DNA of 64,000 nucleotides from Eledone cirrhosa (lineage: Eukaryota), in the NCBI GenBank assembly GCA_964016885.1, contig OZ024743.1, positions 38,068,001-38,132,000 on the forward strand, given 5' to 3'. The translations under genes were made by a program, and so were the position numbers. This document shows positions 39,938 to 53,400 of the stretch, in pieces. Each line of letters begins with the position of its first letter. Position 1 is the stretch's first letter. The notes beneath the pieces are model-generated. The model saw only the letters and a list, made by a program, of their open reading frames with translations. It was not told where the DNA came from and searched no databases.

Positions 39938-41501
39938 AGTCTCTTTGTATGTTAATGTACGCGTGTGTATGTGTGTGTGTGTGTGTATGTATATATATGT
40001 GTGTGTGTGTGTGTGCGTCAGAATGTGTGTGTGTGTGTGTGTGGGTGGACCAGTATTTTTTTCCCCTGGTAAAATGGTGTACATTATTCGATATTTTCAG
40101 TAAAATCGATTCTCTCAATAGAACATCAAAAATCTTAACAATAAAAGGTGTGAAATGATATTCACCATATATATATATATACATATATTCACTATATATA
40201 TATATATATTTTGTGTTGTACCATAGAACATGTGTGTTTACGTATGTCATTGTGTTTATATGTGGGTAGATATGTGTGCTGATGTAGGTATGTATGTTGA
40301 CGTGTGTATGTTGTGGGTTCGTCTTAGGGAGAAGTGTTTAGACGGGGTCCGTATTTGTTAATAAAGTAAGATTCCTTGCTGATGCGCTAGGTGTGGGTGG
40401 CATTATCTTTAAATTTGTAGAGGGAAAAGATTCTGAAGTTGGGATGATTTTGGGCGGCACAGGTATCAATGTGTTCACTCAGTGGTATTTTCCTGTATTC
40501 CCGTATTTTGGGATCTATGGACAGTCATGCGTTGGCGGAGGCTGTATTTGGTCTGGCCTATGTATTGTTCTCGACAACCTGAGCAAGTTAATACATATAT
40601 TAGATTTTCCGATGCACATGTGAAATTGTGTTTTACTATAAAACGTTGTCCTTCTTTGAAATAGAATTCCGAACCCTCTATTAGGTTGATGCAAATGACA
40701 CAGTTGTGTCTATCGCATTTTTCTACTTTGGGTTTCGTTGTTCTGATTGGTAGTACTTTGGCAGGTGTTAGGATGTTTTTCATTGACTTTGATTGTCTTT
40801 TGCTCTTTATGATATCGTGTGTTCGTAGGATTTGGTTCATTCTATGGTCCTTTTTCAATACGGGGATGTTCTGGAGGATGGTGTCAAAGGCCTCATTTTT
40901 GAGGGCGTTGTGTGTGGAGATGTATGGAAGAGCTTTTAGTTTCGGTTGATTTACTTTAGGGTGTCTAAGTTCCTGGGTACTGAGTTTTAGGGCACGTTGG
41001 ATTCTTATTAACAATGTGGTTCAATGCATCGTGTTGAAGAACAATAATATGAGATACGTGATTTTTTAGTAAGTAAGTTAATTTTATAATTTTCTTATTT
41101 TACGTCTCTCATATATTTGTTCTGCAACCCCATGCATTGAACCACATTGTTAATAAGACGAAACCTATATATTTGATAGCATTGATATGCATCTGTGTGT
41201 ATATAAATGTTACTAGATATAAATTCCTTATAATTATCTCCAATTCATTTGTCGAGCAATATTTGGCCATGACTGCTACTATGGTAGTAAGCTAGCCGCT
41301 GTCTTAATAACCACTCGCTTTCCACTGATTGACCTCGATGTCACGTGATTGATTCTTTTTGAATTTGCCACGGACGTAGAGGCAGTGATTTTGTCAATGG
41401 CTTGGAATCCAGTCCACGCATCGCTATTTCCATTCCACTGAATTATTTTTTTAATAAGTTTCCAGTGTCCTCGCTATGCCTGGAGACCTATACGGAAAAA
41501 G

Positions 41502-41584
41502 ACTTTCCTGATGACGGAATGATTTTCCATAAGTTTCTTCGGAAAATATATTTACTCCATTCCAGAAACTAATTAGTTGGAAGT
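41502..41584 (+). ncRNA. Type I hammerhead, array unit 3
   Basis: Same sequence as unit 1. Confidence 0.85.
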
Positions 41585-41750
41585 GATTTTTTAGTAAGTA
41601 AGTTAATTTTATAATTTTCTTATTTTACGTCTCTCATATTATTGTTCTGCAACCCCATGCATTGAACCACATTGTTAATAAGACAAAACCTATATATTTG
41701 CTAGCATTGATATGCATCTGTGTGTATATAGATGTTACTAGATATAAATT

Positions 41751-41813
<63 letters not shown>

Positions 41814-42471
41814 TAAACGGAATAGAAAATGCTGACAAATTGTTCACAGTTGAAAAATAGTTTAATTAGGAATAAAAGAGTATTAGTATTTGTATTGGTT
41901 AGTATTCAGTTGTGATTTTAAGTTTTTACCTGTTGCGCATTTCTAAATCGATTTCTAAATGCTTTTCAAAAATAATTTTGAGATAGAGCGTCCGTGTTGG
42001 TTGCTCTGATCTGATTTGTTTTGGGATTTCTACCTGTTTTTATGTTAAAAAAGTGGCTCCAGCTCTACTTGGTGTTGCAAAAATTCTTGTGGTCAAAACA
42101 ATTTTGATTGGTCGTTAGATGTCATGTTAATGTGAAATATTTATTTTGCGCCATGACTGAGAAATGACTCTTTCACAACAAATATGTGTGTGTTTTTGTG
42201 TGTGTGTAGTAGTAGTAAAGTGTTCGATGTTGTGATAATGGTTACCAGGGATGTGTGTGCGAACCGCAGCCTGTTGACAGTTCAAATGGCTATTAAGATA
42301 AGTGTGTGTGTGTGTGTGTGTATCTGTGTGTGTGTGTGTGTGTGCGCGTGTGTGTGTGTGTATAGCAGAGTAATTCGTGGTAGCGGGATGGTCAGTATGA
42401 ATGTGTCTGTAAGGAGTGGGTGGTATTTCAGCATGTCAAAAGATATTTTTCAGGTTTTGTCTTATACGGAG

Positions 42472-42540
<69 letters not shown>

Positions 42541-44072
42541 AGTCTCTTTGTATGTTAATGTACGCGTGTGTATGTGTGTGTGTGTGTGTATGTATATATA
42601 TGTGTGTGTGTGTGTGGGTGGACCAGTATTTTTTTCCCCTGGTAAAATGGTGTACATTATTCGATATTTTCAGTAAAATCGATTCTCTCAATAGAACATC
42701 AAAAATCTTAACAATAAAAGGTGTGAAATGATATTCACCATATATATATACATATATTCACTATATATATATATATATATTTTGTGTTGTACCATAGAAC
42801 ATGTGTGTTTACGTATGTCATGGTGTTTATATGTGGGTAGATATGTGTGCTGATGTAGGTATGTATGTTGACGTGTGTATGTTGTGGGTTCGTCTTAGGG
42901 AGAAGTGTTTAGACGGGGTCCGTATTTGTTAATAAAGTAAGATTCCTTGCTGATGCGCTAGGTGTGGGTGGCATTATCTTTAAATTTGTAGAGGGAAAAG
43001 ATTCTGAAGTTGGGATGATTTTGGGCGGCACAGGTATCAATGTGTTCACTCAGTGGTATTTTCCTGTATTCCCGTATTTTGGGATCTATGGACAGTCATG
43101 CGTTGGCGGAGGCTGTATTTGGTCTGGCCTATGTATTGTTCTCGACAACCTGAGCAAGTTAATACATATATTAGATTTTCCGATGCACATGTGAAATTGT
43201 GTTTTACTATAAAACGTTGTCCTTCTTTGAAATAGAATTCCGAACCCTCTATTAGGTTGATGCAAATGCCACAGTTGTGTCTATCGCATTTTTCTACTTT
43301 GGGTTTCGTTGTTCTGATTGGTAGTACTTTGGCAGGTGTTAGGATGTTTTTCATTGACTTTGATTGTCTTTTGCTCTTTATGATATCGTGTGTTCGTAGG
43401 ATTTGGTTCATTCTATGGTCCTTTTTCAATACGGGGATGTTCTGGAGGATGGTGTCAAAGGCCTCATTTTTGAGGGCGTTGTGTGTGGAGATGTATGGAA
43501 GAGCTTTTAGTTTCGGTTGATTTACTTTAGGGTGTCTAAGTTCCTGGGTACTGAGTTTTAGGGCACGTTGGATTCTTATTAACAATGTGGTTCAATGCAT
43601 CGTGTTGAAGAACAATAATATGAGATACGTGATTTTTTAGTAAGTAAGTTAATTTTATAATTTTCTTATTTTACGTCTCTCATATATTTGTTCTGCAACC
43701 CCATGCATTGAACCACATTGTTAATAAGACGAAACCTATATATTTGATAGCATTGATATGCATCTGTGTGTATATAAATGTTACTAGATATAAATTCCTT
43801 ATAATTATCTCCAATTCATTTGTCGAGCAATATTTGGCCATGACTGCTACTATGGTAGTAAGCTAGCCGCTGTCTTAATAACCACTCGCTTTCCACTGAT
43901 TGACCTCGATGTCACGTGATTGATTCTTTTTGAATTTGCCACGGACGTAGAGGCAGTGATTTTGTCAATGGCTTGGAATCCAGTCCACGCATCGCTATTT
44001 CCATTCCACTGAATTATTTTTTTAATAAGTTTCCAGTGTCCTCGCTATGCCTGGAGACCTATACGGAAAAAG

Positions 44073-44155
44073 ACTTTCCTGATGACGGAATGATTTTCCA
44101 TAAGTTTCTTCGGAAAATATATTTACTCCATTCCAGAAACTAATTAGTTGGAAGT
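44073..44155 (+). ncRNA. Type I hammerhead, array unit 4
   Basis: Same sequence as unit 1. Confidence 0.85.
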
Positions 44156-44321
44156 GATTTTTTAGTAAGTAAGTTAATTTTATAATTATCTTATTTTACG
44201 TCTCTCATATTATTGTTCTGCAACCCCATGCATTGAACCACATTATTAATAAGACAAAACCTATATATTTGCTAGCATTGATATGCATCTGTGTGTATAT
44301 AGATGTTACTAGATATAAATT

Positions 44322-44386
<65 letters not shown>

Positions 44387-45043
44387 TAAACGGAATAGAA
44401 AATGCTGACAAATTGTTCACAGTTGAAAAATAGTTTAATTAGGAATAAAAGAGTATTAGTATTTGTATTGGTTAGTATTCAGTTGTGATTTTAAGTTTTT
44501 ACCTGTTGCGCATTTCTAAATCGATTTCTAAATGCTTTTCAAAAATAATTTTGAGATAGAGCGTCCGTGTTGGTTGCTCTGATCTGATTTGTTTTGGGAT
44601 TTCTACCTGTTTTTATGTTAAAAAAGTGGCTCCAGCTCTACTTGGTGTTGCAAAAATTCTTGTGGTCAAAACAATTTTGATTGGTCGTTAGATGTCATGT
44701 TAATGTGAAATATTTATTTTGCGCCATGACTGAGAAATGACTCTTTCACAACAAATATGTGTGTGTTTTTGTGTGTGTGTAGTAGTAGTAAAGTGTTCGA
44801 TGTTGTGATAATGGTTACCAGGGATGTGTGTGCGAACCGCAGCCTGTTGACAGTTCAAATGGCTATTAAGATAAGTGTGTGTGTGTGTGTGTATCTGTGT
44901 GTGTGTGTGTGTGTGCGCGTGTGTGTGTGTGTATAGCAGAGTAATTCGTGGTAGCGGGATGGTCAGTATGAATGTGTCTGTAAGGAGTGGGTGGTATTTC
45001 AGCATGTCAAAAGATATTTTTTCAGGTTTTGTCTTATACGGAG

Positions 45044-45084
<41 letters not shown>

Positions 45085-46606
45085 AGTCTCTTTGTATGTT
45101 AATGTACGCGTGTGTATGTGTGTGTATGTATATATATGTGTGTGTGTGTGTGGGTGGACCAGTATTTTTTTCCCCTGGTAAAATGGTGTACATTATTCGA
45201 TATTTTCAGTAAAATCGATTCTCAATAGAACATCAAAAATCTTAACAATAAAAGGTGTGAAATGATATTCACCATATATATATACATATATTCACTATAT
45301 ATATATATATATATTTTGTGTTGTACCATAGAACATGTGTGTTTACGTATGTCATTGTGTTTATATGTGGGTAGATATGTGTGCTGATGTAGGTATGTAT
45401 GTTGACGTGTGTATGTTGTGGGTTCGTCTTAGGGAGAAGTGTTTAGACGGGGTCCGTATTTGTTAATAAAGTAAGATTCCTTGCTGATGCGCTAGGTGTG
45501 GGTGGCATTATCTTTAAATTTGTAGAGGGAAAAGATTCTGAAGTTGGGATGATTTTGGGCGGCACAGGTATCAATGTGTTCACCCAGTGGTATTTTCCTG
45601 TATTCCCGTATTTTGGGATCTATGGACAGTCATGCGTTGGCGGAGGCTGTATTTGGTCTGGCCTATGTATTGTTCTCGACAACCTGAGCAAGTTAATACA
45701 TATATTAGATTTTCCGATGCACATGTGAAATTGTGTTTTACTATAAAACGTTGTCCTTCTTTGAAATAGAATTCCGAACCCTCTATTAGGTTGATGCAAA
45801 TGCCACAGTTGTGTCTATCGCATTTTTCTACTTTGGGTTTCGTTGTTCTAATTGGTAGTACTTTGGCAGGTGTTAGGATGTTTTTCATTGACTTTGATTG
45901 TCTTTTGCTCTTTATGATATCGTGTGTTCGTAGGATTTGGTTCATTCTATGGTCCTTTTTCAATACGGGGATGTTCTGGAGGATGGTGTCAAAGGCCTCA
46001 TTTTTGAGGGCGTTGTGTGTGGAGATGCATGGAAGAGCTTTTAGTTTCGGTTGATTTACTTTAGGGTGTCTAAGTTCCTGGGTACTGAGTTTTAGGGCAC
46101 GTTGGATTCTTATTAACAATGTGGTTCAATGCATGGTGTTGAAGAACAATAATATGAGAGACGTGATTTTTTAGTAAGTAAGTTAATTTTATAATTTTCT
46201 TATTTTACGTCTCTCATATATTTGTTCTGCAACCCCATGCATTGAACCACATTGTTAATAAGACGAAACCTATATATTTGATAGCATTGATATGCATCTG
46301 TGTGTATATAAATGTTACTAGATATAAATTCCTTATAATTATCTCCAATTCATTTGTCGAGCAATATTTGGCCATGACTGCTACTATGGTAGTAAGCTAG
46401 CCGCTGTCTTAATAACCACTCGCTTTCTACTGATTGACCTCGATGTCACGTGATTGATTCTTTTTGAATTTGCCACGGACGTAGAGGCAGTGATTTTGTC
46501 AATGGCTTGGAATCCAGTCCACGCATCGCTATTTCCATTCCACTGAATTATTTTTTTAATAAGTTTCCAGTGTCCTCGCTATGCCTGGAGACCTATACGG
46601 AAAAAG

Positions 46607-46689
46607 ACTTTCCTGATGACGGAATGATTTTCCATATGTTTCTTCGGAAAATATATTTACTCCATTCCAGAAACTAATTAGTTGGAAGT
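46607..46689 (+). ncRNA. Type I hammerhead, array unit 5
   Basis: Same as unit 1 except one loop SNP. Confidence 0.85.
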
Positions 46690-46855
46690 GATTTTTTAGT
46701 AAGTAAGTTAATTTTATAATTTTCTTATTTTACGTCTCTCATATATTTGTTCTGCAACCCCATGCATTGAACCACATTGTTAATAAGACAAAACCTATAT
46801 ATTTGCTAGCATTGATATGCATCTGTGTGTATATAGATGTTACTAGATATAAATT

Positions 46856-46927
<72 letters not shown>

Positions 46928-47290
46928 ACACACATACTCATACACATATTCACACGTACATACGCACACATACATACACACATATATACACGCATACATA
47001 GGCACACACAAATATAGATATGTGTACACACACCTACATACGCACACACACCTACATACGCACACACACAAAAATATAATAGACGACCATATAGGCCGTC
47101 AGATAAGAATAAAAATAAATGTAAACATTTTTATAAAGTTGACAGCGATACAGGAAACAAATAAATGAACAAACCCACGTGGTAAGCAATACACACAATT
47201 ACACATACACATACATACATATAAATAAATATATACACACACATACACATACATATGCGCATACATATACATACACATATACATACACAT

Positions 47291-47324
<34 letters not shown>

Positions 47325-48084
47325 ATATATTGAAGAGTTAAACAAAATTCAACGAGTACGTCAAATAATGAGTTTTACAGTAGATTGGAAGCACTCTACA
47401 ATAAAAAAAAAATTTCCGGAGTTATTAATATTAGAATATAAATATTAATAAAATACATGTTCCTTCGATTAATCACACTTCATTATACACATTTTGGATG
47501 TACAACAGTACGCCCTCATAAGACAAAATATAATGATACATGACACACTCTGAGATGTTAAATGGTTAAGATTCAATGAAGGCCGTGATTAATCTAAGAG
47601 AAAATTTAACATTTACACCCCAATAATGAGAAAATGCGAAAACGTAACAAATTCATTAGAGAATATGTGAGTAAGAAAAACGTTGCCCAATGTACCAGTT
47701 ATCGAGACTCTAATATGTATGATACTACAATTTATCTAGGAAAGCATTTCATGAATTATAACAGTCAGTGTGAGAGTGGGGGAAAGATTAGGGGGACAAT
47801 GTTACTACGAAACGTTCAAGAGAGTAGTAGCGGTTGGTGCCCTTAACCGCACTGACGGAGTGTGCCTGCAATGTGGAATCTAATTGAAGCCCTAGATGAC
47901 CACGCAGGTATCAATGAATCTATTTAAACTGTATTATGTAAGTGACCAAACATCTTTGGCAATGCAGTGTTGACAAGCAAACAGAGTAGGAAAAAAACCT
48001 ACTGATCTAATATATCATATGGCAAGTGATTAAATATTATTTTATATTTGTTCGCCTATATAAATCAATACACATGAATATACA

Positions 48085-48250
48085 GTCGGACACCATGTTT
48101 TGCAGCATAGAGTTACGTCCCTTTATGATCTGAGTTCAAATCCCGCCAAGGTTAACTTTGCCTTTCATCCTTACGAGGTCGATAAAATAAAGTACCAGTA
48201 ATTCACTGGATCATTTGCTGGCCTTGTGCCAAAAGTAGAAACAATTATTA
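48085..48250 (+). mobile_element. tRNA-derived SINE
   Basis: B-box GAGTTCAAATCC, family core and tail. Confidence 0.85.
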
Positions 48251-48696
48251 CATGATTACATAGTGTGCAGGGGTATTTTACCTTCTTATTCACTGTTAAA
48301 TGTTTTCATTTGCAAGTAGGTATATTGATCAAGTATCCTCAATGCTCAGTAAACGGACTAAGGTTTATTTAATAGAAAATAAATTAGAAAAAATAGGTCA
48401 CTCCCCATGGAACTTTACATTGCCTTCGAAACTGTAGAAAGGAAGAAAGAAGATAGCCATCAACCGGAGGATTATTATATATGAGTACAGTATTATGGAG
48501 TATATAGTATAGTGAACAACAAGGTAGTAATATTGAAATGGGTGACGGATTAGATGTGCGTCCATATATGTATGTTATTACTTGATTAGTACCCCAAATA
48601 CAATGAGCAGGAAGAAATACCGCAGAAAATCTCGACAAATGCAGTAGCAAATTAGTCAACCCGTATCACTAGAATGGTACATTATTTGTCATATAA

Positions 48697-48888
48697 GGGC
48701 GGTGGATTGGCAGTATGGGTAGGGGGTCGGACACCATGCTTTGCAGCAAAGTATTACGGTCATTTATGGCCTCAGTTCAAATCCCGCCGTGGTTAACTTT
48801 CCTTTCATCCTTTCTGGGTCGATAAATAAAGTACCAGTAATACACTGGGGAAATTGCTGGCCTTGTGCCAAAAGTAGAAACAATTATT
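48697..48888 (+). mobile_element. tRNA-derived SINE, full copy
   Basis: GGGCGGTGGATTGGCAGTATGGG (A box)...CAGTTCAAATCC (B box)...AGTAGAAACAATTATT. Confidence 0.88.
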
Positions 48889-49414
48889 CGTACAACCCCA
48901 CATCATGACAGATAAAATTGGAATCATTGGCGTTTGAACACAGTTAGTAAAAAGTATAACAAACGTCGCAAATATCTTGTATACAGCATAGTCCTTTCCT
49001 TTATGCTTTATATTCAATGTATAATTTGTGAATCTTTTTTATGATTTCATGTTTAGTTAAGCAGTTATTACTGTAGGTTACACTCATTATATTTTGGGAA
49101 TAATAACGGCATCTAAGATGATATATCGAGATTAATGCAGTAAACCTCGCATATTGCTCATACTTTTCAAAACGGAAATAATCCTTCATTTCGATGCTAT
49201 CAGATATTAAATTATTAATCATGCACATAAATCCTCGAATTCATATAAATTTATTAATAGTCTGAAATATACATATATGGTGAGCTGCAAATAGAAACCT
49301 ACCATTGTTCCACGATAGCATATATAATATTGTATTTATACAGATATAACTTAATATATATATATACGCAAACACACGCGCACACACACGCGCACACACA
49401 AACACACGCGCACA

Positions 49415-49510
<96 letters not shown>

Positions 49511-49512
<2 letters not shown>

Positions 49513-49666
49513 ACATAGGAGGTGTGGTAAGATACCAGGTGGACCATAACGCACCAGAGTGATCGATATACAAGACCACGGCGGCTGAACTCCGGCCGTT
49601 TCGACAGCTAAATCTAGGTGTCAAAACGATCGGAGCTCAGTCGTCGGGGTTCTGACCTTTCTCCTA
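49511..49666. mobile_element. Diverged hairpin-plus-tail element in the opposite orientation
   Basis: Tail complement GTGTGGTAAG..CCAGGTGGACCATAACGCACCAGAGT followed by imperfect arms. Confidence 0.75.
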
Positions 49667-49669
49667 TAT

Positions 49670-52600
49670 CACTTTGACCGACCAGTCTGTCGGGCGTCCA
49701 TTCGGCGCCGCTGGACTCAGCACGCCGTCCATTCCTCTCTGGATCGTGCTTTCCTCATCCATGTAGTCCCAATCGTATTCTTAAAATCGTAACTCCACCT
49801 TCGTGGAGGCCTTCCGAATGGTCGTTTCCGCTCGCGCGGGTACCACTCGGCAACTGCGCGAGTCCACCGATTATCGGTGAACCGGGCGACGTGTCCAGCC
49901 CATCTGAACTTGCTGCGCATATACTCCGAGATGACGTCCCTCACGCAGGACTTCTGTCTGATGACTTCGCTCCCGATGTGCTCTCTCAACGAGGTTCCTA
50001 GCATTGATCTCTCCATGGCTCTTTGAGCCGTTACCAGCCTCTGCTCTTCTCTCTTCGTTGTAGCCAAAGTTTCCCTGCCATATAACATTGCAGGTAAAAC
50101 TGTGCTATTGAAGAGGTTGGCGCTGGTGGTTTTGTCCAACCTCCCCTTGAGCACATCCCTTATGCCGTCGAACGCCTTTCATCCGGCCCTTACTCTCCGC
50201 GAGATCTCCTTCTCAATATCTCGGCGCATGTTCACCTCTTATCCCAGGTAGACGTATTCCTCCACCTCCTCTATTTCATCACCGCCAACCACCATTCGAC
50301 ATGTTGGTATGTTGTCGGACCACATGAACTTCGTTTTCATGCGGTTCATCTTGAGGCCTACTGCAGTGCTTTTGATGTCGAACTCCGTCAGCATGGTCTG
50401 AAGCTGATCCGTGGTTTCATCGATGAGTACGATGTCATCAGCGAAACGGAGGTGGGTAAGTATCTCACCTCTGATGTCGACACCGCCTTGCCAGTCAATG
50501 CTTCTGATGAAAAGTTTTAGAGAGATCGTATCTTCTTGCTTCACTCCCTTCTCCACCAGCACTCGTACGGGTGATGACAGCAGAGCTATGTCGGTGATAC
50601 ATCCGGAACTCGCCTTCATGAGCAGTTGAACGTATTGCGCCTCGACTCCTTGCATCTGCAGCGAGTTCAGAACTGCGTTGATTTCGACGCTGTCGAAGGC
50701 CTTCTCGTAGTCTACGAACGCGACGCAAAGAGGCATCTTGTATTCTTTTGCTCGCTCAAGCAGTTATGTCAGAGTAAATATGTGGTCCATCGTGCTGTAG
50801 TTTTTCCGGAAGCCGGTTTGCTCTCTCGGTTGCTGTTCGTTCAGATGACGTGATAACCTGTTCAGGATTATCTTCGTGAACAGCTTTTACACGTGCGACA
50901 GCAGGCATATGGGTCAGTAGTTCTTCAGCAATTCTCTATCGCCCTTCTTGTATAGCATGATGGTATTCGACTCTTCCACTGCGAGGGTATTCTAACCTCG
51001 TCCAGATAGTGTGTGAATCGCTCGGCGAGGATTTTCCAGAGCTGCTCTCCGCCTGACTTCAACACCTCCGATGTTATGCCGTCTTTCCCTGGCGCCTTTC
51101 GGCTTTTCATCAAGCCGACGGCTCTTTCGACCTCCCCGACAAGGATGCGTGGACGTTTTCTTCCTGTTGGAGTGAAGGCAACAGCTGCACATTCCAGGCA
51201 GACCTGAAGAGCTTGGTGTAGAAGTCTTCGCAAACCTTTTCCACCTCACTCTTGTCGCTGACCGGTACTCCAGCTGTGTTTTTCAGGGTCGTCAACTCCG
51301 ATCTGTACATTGTCATGTCCCTCTCGCATTTCTTGACGCTCTTCTTTTCCTTTGCTGCCTTCACAAGCTTCTCCACCCGGTATGCCTCGAAGTCTCTCTT
51401 CAGTTGTTTACATATCACTCTGCTGGGAAGGAAATATTCGAGGTGATCTTCAGGTGTCCACTTCATATTTTCCCTCTTCTCAAGCAATTTCATAGTTTCC
51501 TCCAAGACTCTTCCCTTCCGCTCCCTCAGGCACACACCCTTAGCCTTCTTCAAGCACTCCTTCAGTTTCCTTATCAGTGACTCGTAGTCAGCGTCTATGC
51601 CGTCTCCTTGACGCCACCTTTCCTGCATAATGGCTTCCTGCAGCTGTGCCTCGTTGAAGACCCGGACGCGTTCTCCCTTCGATGCCGAATGGAGTACCTT
51701 CTTCTTCCTCGTCCGGTCGATGGCGATTCTCGCCCTCACCAGACGATGATCATTTCCAGTGTTGAATGGCGTTATGACGGAGACGTCCTGCAGTATGCGT
51801 CGCTTGTCGACCAAGATGTAGTCAATCTCGTTTCCGTGCTCAGAATTTGGCGATACCCAGGTCCATCTCTTCTCCTTCTTCCTGAATAGGCTGTTTCCGA
51901 TGTAGAACCGTCTCGCCTCCGCCATGGTGACCAGACGCTCTCCTCTCTCATTCCGCTCTCCTAGGCCGAATCTTCCGACATACTCTTCCCCTTGGCGTCC
52001 CTGTCCGACCTTTGCGTTGAAGTCTCCCATCACGACGGTGTAAGTGGACTTCACAGCTAGCACTTTGTCTAGCTGGCGATAGAATTCTTCCACGCCATCT
52101 TCGTCGCTGGCACTTGTGGGAGCGTAGGTCTGGACGATCTTGAGGGTGGCTTTCCCTGAGAGTTTCACGCTCAGTACACCAATCCGTGACGATATGACTG
52201 GCAGGAAGCGACCTTCGTAGCCCATTCCTTGCTTACAATGAACCCTATACCTCCGACCGAACTGGCACCCTGTGCTTTCCCGAGTCTCAAGGCGCATTCA
52301 CCTTGCCATCGCGAACTCGTATCCCTCTTCTGGTAGGTCTCACGTGACACCTGCTCGTCTTCTCCTCCATTAGGTGGTTCAGTCCTTGACCCCTGCCAAA
52401 GACCTGCAGTTGTAGGTGCATATGGCAAGTTTAGTCCTGTTCCTTGGCGGCCTTCGGGAACCTGTGATTCGTAGCAGCCTCTCGTCGTTCGGGTTGCACT
52501 CCGCCGTCGTGGAGTGGCCCGATTGACACGCAGGGTACCGAGGCCCTTTTCTTCGTGCTGTTTTAACCATAAGATGACGCCATCTCACTGGCTGGGCGGG

Positions 52601-52794
52601 CAGGCCGGTACCTCTTCAGTTTAGCTAGCTTTTGTACTCTAGAAGATGATGAATCATCTCTAGGACCAATAGTCTGATACCTGTGTAGCATGGTACAACC
52701 TGCCACTACCTTGAGTCCCGCTACCATAGCTATCAGATAGCCAGGGTCACCTCTGCGCCACTTTTGAGGCACTGAAGTATGATTTTGCAGAGGA
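49670..52794 (-). mobile_element. Full-length RTE-clade LINE (APE endonuclease + RT), frameshifted, 11-bp TSD
   Basis: ICTYNCR, QTYAPTS, MGDFNAKVG, WTWVSPN..EIDYILV, NDHRLV; FVDYEKAFDSV, KGVKQEDTIS, HLRFADDIVL, YVYLG, WAGHVAR. TSD TTCTCCTATAT at 49659-49669 and 52795-52805. Confidence 0.95.
52614..52793 (-). ncRNA. HDV-like self-cleaving ribozyme at the RTE 5' end
   Basis: P1 CCTCTGC/GCAGAGG, P2 CTTCAGT/ACTGAAG, P3 GCC/GGC, L3 TCAAAAGT, P1.1 CA/TG, P4 TGGCT/AGCTA, J4/2 GCTAA. Confidence 0.8.
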
Positions 52795-52798
52795 TTCT

Positions 52799-52874
<76 letters not shown>

Positions 52875-53179
52875 GGGGGGGGGGGGGCGTAACCTAACAA
52901 GTCATGCTCGGGCCTTACCAGATTACAATTAAATTATAATACCAGTTCATATATATATGAGTTACACGACAGTTTTTCAATATTCCTCCAAACCTTCATA
53001 TACACGTTTTACATCAACAAAAATTATACACAATCATATACATTCAAATTACCTAAAAATAACAATTAACGATCAAACCTACCTGCACGTAAACACATAC
53101 ACAGAGACATTCACTCCCACATGACACCTATTCACAAATAAAAAGACGACACTCCTCTAATCCACAAAATCATATTTAA

Positions 53180-53400
53180 CCCTTTAGCATTTACATTACT
53201 TTATACTTACGTTTGTAGTTTCACGATAAACGCTTCATCTCACATAATTATCCCACATAATATCAAATCTATGAGATTTTGATATTATTTATTTTGAGAA
53301 CAATACCTTAACATCAGTATGAGTGGTCAATTACAGCCACTTTGAACAGAACGAGGTGAGAAAATTCTGGCCGGATACAACCGGTTTAAATGCTAAAGGG
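53180..53400. mobile_element. piggyBac-type MITE (221 bp)
   Basis: 14-bp TIR CCCTTTAGCATTTA/TAAATGCTAAAGGG flanked by TTAA on both sides. Confidence 0.85.

Larger units (their letters stand above)
34136..46859. repeat. Tandem array of five ~2.55-kb units separated by (TA)n
   Basis: Units start TGGTAAACGGAATAG at ~34136, 36683, 39244, 41811 and 44384; near-identical apart from microsatellite lengths and a few SNPs. Confidence 0.97.

Noticed and set aside
34136-46859. CRISPR-like or rDNA-like array
   Set aside because: There are no unique spacers and no rRNA similarity; the units are retroelement-derived.
48697-48790. tRNA gene
   Set aside because: The A/B boxes belong to a multi-copy SINE head; no complete cloverleaf.
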